Notes under the pieces: model-generated
Seen by the model: the letters and a program-made list of their open reading frames with translations, nothing else
The model's database searches: none
Told to the model about the DNA's origin: nothing
Assembly (NCBI GenBank): GCA_964453605.1
Contig: CAYVOI010000001.1
Coordinates: 102,276-166,275 of the forward strand
Reading direction: 5' to 3'
Source: an uncultured Gammaproteobacteria bacterium
Lineage (GTDB): Bacteria; Patescibacteriota; Patescibacteriia; Veblenbacterales; UBA10138
DNA length: 64,000 nt
Part shown: one piece after another, positions 61,129-64,000 of the stretch
Numbering within the stretch: the stretch's first letter is position 1
How the letters are laid out: each line of letters starts with the position of its first letter
Position numbers and translations under genes: made by a program

Positions 61129-61743
61129 GTGATGTATATGCTCAAGAGTGGCACAAAGCGCAGCTGGGGCGTAGCTGAGGCAATGCCCTATATATACATA
61201 TTTGGTGGGGCCGTGGCTCTAGTTTTTTCGTTCCTCATTACTAACGAAAAAATCGAGCTACTCAAAAACCCTGACTACGTTCCACCCTGCAACATCAACC
61301 CCTTCATCAGCTGTGGCACGGTCATGGCTACGCCTCAAGCTTCTGTATTCGGGTTTCCTAATTCACTCCTTGGTATTGCCGGCTTTGCTGCGCTCATCAC
61401 CATTGGTGTGGTGCTGCTAACAGGCACCAAGCTGCCTCGCTGGTTTTGGCTGTGGTTGCAGGCAGGCACAACGCTCGCTGCGGCCTTTGTGTACTGGCTC
61501 TTTTTTGAAAGCGTCTATCGCATTGGAGCACTGTGCCCCTACTGCATGGTAGTGTGGGCTATGACATTACCAATTTTCTGGTACACCGCGGTGTACAACT
61601 TGCGTGAAGGACACCTAACAGGCACGAATTTGAACCTTAACCCGGGCCAGCACGTACTGGGCATGGTGGCGCTCTACGGTATTATTATTGTCGCCATACT
61701 TGTACACTATTGGAGCTACTGGGAACGGTTCCTCCACCAGTAA
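61129..61743 (+). CDS. Vitamin K epoxide reductase (VKOR) family protein
   Basis: C.INP.ISC..V, FGFPN..LG, LCPYC. Confidence 0.92.
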   Translation: MMYMLKSGTKRSWGVAEAMPYIYIFGGAVALVFSFLITNEKIELLKNPDYVPPCNINPFISCGTVMATPQASVFGFPNSLLGIAGFAALITIGVVLLTGTKLPRWFWLWLQAGTTLAAAFVYWLFFESVYRIGALCPYCMVVWAMTLPIFWYTAVYNLREGHLTGTNLNLNPGQHVLGMVALYGIIIVAILVHYWSYWERFLHQ

Positions 61744-61760
61744 ATATGATATCAAGCACT

Positions 61761-62291
61761 ATGTCCCTACGACGTACCAGCTACGTAGCTACCTTCCTCA
61801 GCCTGCTGCTAGTAAGCTGGTCGCCGGCCTTGGCCCATGGCGGCGTATCAAAAAACATCGGCCACGCTGTGGTGTACCTCAACCAAGAACCCCTGTCGCC
61901 CCTGGTGGGCGAGCGAGTAAAGTTCTCTTTTGCTCTGCAAGACACCAAGGGTGCAGCACTCGTGAACCTACCCGTGCAGCTTACGCTCACCGATACCTAC
62001 TATGGGGATGAAAGCAAGGATAAGGTTATACTCACCCAGCCGGTAATCAGCGACGTAAATGGTGATTTCGAATTTGCCTACACGTTCACTAAACAAAACT
62101 ACTTTGACCTGGATTTAGACTTCGCCGACCCTATCACGAAGGCAACCCTCAACACGGGCTTCTTGGTGCAACCCAGAACGGCGCCACCGGGTGCGCCCGC
62201 CACGGCACCACTACCTCTGGTGGCAGGGGCTATTGTGCTCGGAGTACTTTTGACACTCGGTGTAAAAACTTTAGTCAAACGTCTCTTCTAG
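61761..62291 (+). CDS. Exported beta-rich protein with C-terminal membrane anchor
   Basis: Signal peptide ending ALA-HGG; C-terminal TM. Confidence 0.65.
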   Translation: MSLRRTSYVATFLSLLLVSWSPALAHGGVSKNIGHAVVYLNQEPLSPLVGERVKFSFALQDTKGAALVNLPVQLTLTDTYYGDESKDKVILTQPVISDVNGDFEFAYTFTKQNYFDLDLDFADPITKATLNTGFLVQPRTAPPGAPATAPLPLVAGAIVLGVLLTLGVKTLVKRLF

Positions 62292-62398
62292 GTATATTCG
62301 GTCTGAGTTTAGCACTAAATCGTAACAGGTAAGAGACGATTGAATACCCTACATTAGCGTGGTACCATTAGCTTTATCGTTAGCTCATTTTTGATATC

Positions 62399-63643
62399 AT
62401 GAAACAAGCTTTTATTAAGTTTTGTTTAGGAGTTGGAATCGTAGCGTGCTTGGTGCTGGTGCTCGCACCCGTGGCGAGTGCTGTCAGTAGCATTAAGGCA
62501 GCGCCAAATCAAAACAATGTACCGACCGATTTTGGTAACGCTGGCAATTTCAACCCCGATTTCACTTCGCCCCAGGGCGACCAGCAGCCAGCCATAGTTC
62601 CTGATCAGTACTATCGTGCTGTAGTAGAGAAGATACTTGAGGAAGGCACGTTTAACCTTGGTGGCGCTTACAAGCAACCGTACCAAAAGGTACGTGTGAA
62701 ACTACTCACGGGGCCTCAGGCCGGTCAGGAGGTAGATATCGACTACGGAAAGGATTCCGAGATCAGGGAGTCGCAAAAAGTTAAAGTTGGCGATACCATC
62801 GTCGTGCTCCAAAGCCACGCCCTGGAGGGGGCGACGCAGTACTTCATAGCAGATCGATACCGACTACCGGCGGTTCTAGTCATGGTGGCCATTTTTTTGC
62901 TTGTAACCGTGTTTTTCGGCAGGCTCAAAGGACTTACCTCTATTCTTGGTTTGGCACTGAGCATTGGGGTACTCATATGGTTCGTCATACCGAGGATAGT
63001 CGCGGGAGCTAACCCCTTATGGACCTGTGTGCTGGGAGCAATCATGATCGTGCTGGTATCTCTGTACCTAGCCCACGGCTTCAACAAGCGGACGTCGATA
63101 GCCTTACTTAGCACTCTGTTGACCCTTGGAGTTTCGGTTGGGCTAGCCAGCTTGGCAGTTCAGTTTGCTAAGCTCTCAGGTATGGGTAGTGAAGACGCGT
63201 TTTACCTACAAACGGATTTTCTCCATGGTCTTGATCTGCGCGGGCTTTTACTAGGGGGCATCATAATTGGCGCACTTGGCGTGTTGGATGACGTTACTAC
63301 CGGCCAAGCTGCGGCCGTAGACGAAATCCATAACGCTGACCCCAAGCTGCCATTCACGGAGCTGTATAAGCGGGGCTTATCTGTCGGCAAAGAGCACATC
63401 GCATCTCTGGTAAACACCCTAGCCCTCGCTTATGTTGGCGCCTCGTTCCCGCTCCTGCTCTTGTTCGCGACTAATCATGATCAACCACTCTGGTTCGTGG
63501 TAAACGGTGAGTTAGTGATGGAGGAGGTGGTGCGAACCTTAGTTGGCAGCATGGCGCTACTTATAGCGGTACCGCTCACTACACTACTTACGGCTCGTTT
63601 CTTGGTACCTAGAGCGGAACGGCGTAAACGGGTTTTACCGTAA
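62399..63643 (+). CDS. YibE/F family membrane protein
   Basis: IIGALGVLDDVT..QA, G.EHIAS.VNTL.LAY.G. Confidence 0.92.
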   Translation: MKQAFIKFCLGVGIVACLVLVLAPVASAVSSIKAAPNQNNVPTDFGNAGNFNPDFTSPQGDQQPAIVPDQYYRAVVEKILEEGTFNLGGAYKQPYQKVRVKLLTGPQAGQEVDIDYGKDSEIRESQKVKVGDTIVVLQSHALEGATQYFIADRYRLPAVLVMVAIFLLVTVFFGRLKGLTSILGLALSIGVLIWFVIPRIVAGANPLWTCVLGAIMIVLVSLYLAHGFNKRTSIALLSTLLTLGVSVGLASLAVQFAKLSGMGSEDAFYLQTDFLHGLDLRGLLLGGIIIGALGVLDDVTTGQAAAVDEIHNADPKLPFTELYKRGLSVGKEHIASLVNTLALAYVGASFPLLLLFATNHDQPLWFVVNGELVMEEVVRTLVGSMALLIAVPLTTLLTARFLVPRAERRKRVLP

Positions 63644-63696
63644 AGCTAGTTCTTTAGCCAAACCGAGGGTTCTAATCTCCTCCACCACCCGGAGCC

Positions 63697-63739
63697 ATGA
63701 TAAAAACCATCAGCCTAAAAGGTTGGTGGTTTTTATCAT
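63697..63739 (+). terminator. Hairpin right of the right att site (likely the original tRNA terminator)
   Basis: atgataaaaaccatcagcc/ggttggtggtttttatcat. Confidence 0.75.
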
Positions 63740-63930
63740 AACGCCCTATGGCGTGGCGGGATTCGAAGGGTAGTTCAAAAACGTAAACTGCTTTACGTTT
63801 TTGAACACCCGGGCTGTGAAGGAGGAGCGCGAGTCTTCGAGCGCGACAGGTGAGCAGGAATCCCACCCCCGCAGTTCCCACAATTAAAACTCTCCTTGCG
63901 GGCGTTTTTGATTTGAAGTAGCATAGGAAT

Positions 63931-64000
63931 ATGAAAACCTCTTATAAGTTCGCACTCGTAGCGATTCCGCTTGCCGTCGCAGCGTTTTTGTTAGGTCGTA
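63931..64000 (+). CDS. Start of an exported or membrane protein (truncated by window end)
   Basis: AGGA RBS; MKTSYKFALVAIPLAVAAFLLGR. Confidence 0.5.
   Translation, partial: MKTSYKFALVAIPLAVAAFLLGR

Larger units (their letters stand above)
54790..63698. mobile_element. ~8.9 kb integrative element at a tRNA-Asn 3' end
   Basis: Direct repeat cccggagccat at 54790-54800 and 63688-63698; recombinase at the left end; empty site restores tRNA end plus terminator. Confidence 0.85.

Noticed and set aside
63672-63881. 69-aa minus-strand ORF
   Set aside because: Runs across the att site, terminator and hairpins; no RBS or protein-like features.

Overview
Chromosomal window from what looks like a Patescibacteria (CPR) bacterium. 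This is inferred from gene content: a PrgI/VirB4/CPR-pilin cluster, tightly packed core genes mostly lacking Shine-Dalgarno sites, and the standard genetic code. It holds a T4SS-like/pilin cluster (1-10.4 kb) and housekeeping and repair genes (radA, mpg, recG, folD, glyA, murI, trpS, rnj, secG, pcrA, uvrC, uvrA, groES/EL with a perfect CIRCE, ppsA, dnaG, rpoD). There are four tRNAs (Arg-GCG, Leu-CAG, Ser-GGA, Asn-GTT) and many solitary orphan cassettes, each with its own promoter and RBS. The most unusual region is the tRNA-Asn locus (54.3-63.9 kb). There a GIY-YIG gene and an intact tRNA sit between two tRNA fragments that each carry a TCCGCC-N-GGCGGA palindrome. Next comes an ~8.9 kb serine-recombinase element whose att core lies inside the recombinase 3' end, so excision should swap the enzyme's C-terminus; the element also carries several long structured non-coding segments. 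Also notable: three tRNAs clamped in leader/trailer inverted repeats, a tandem pair of paralogous sRNA-like units before groES, modular pilins with different payloads, an ArsR gene ending in a copy of its upstream palindrome, a translin homolog and a CDPS-like orphan. All calls come from reading the sequence; no searches were run.
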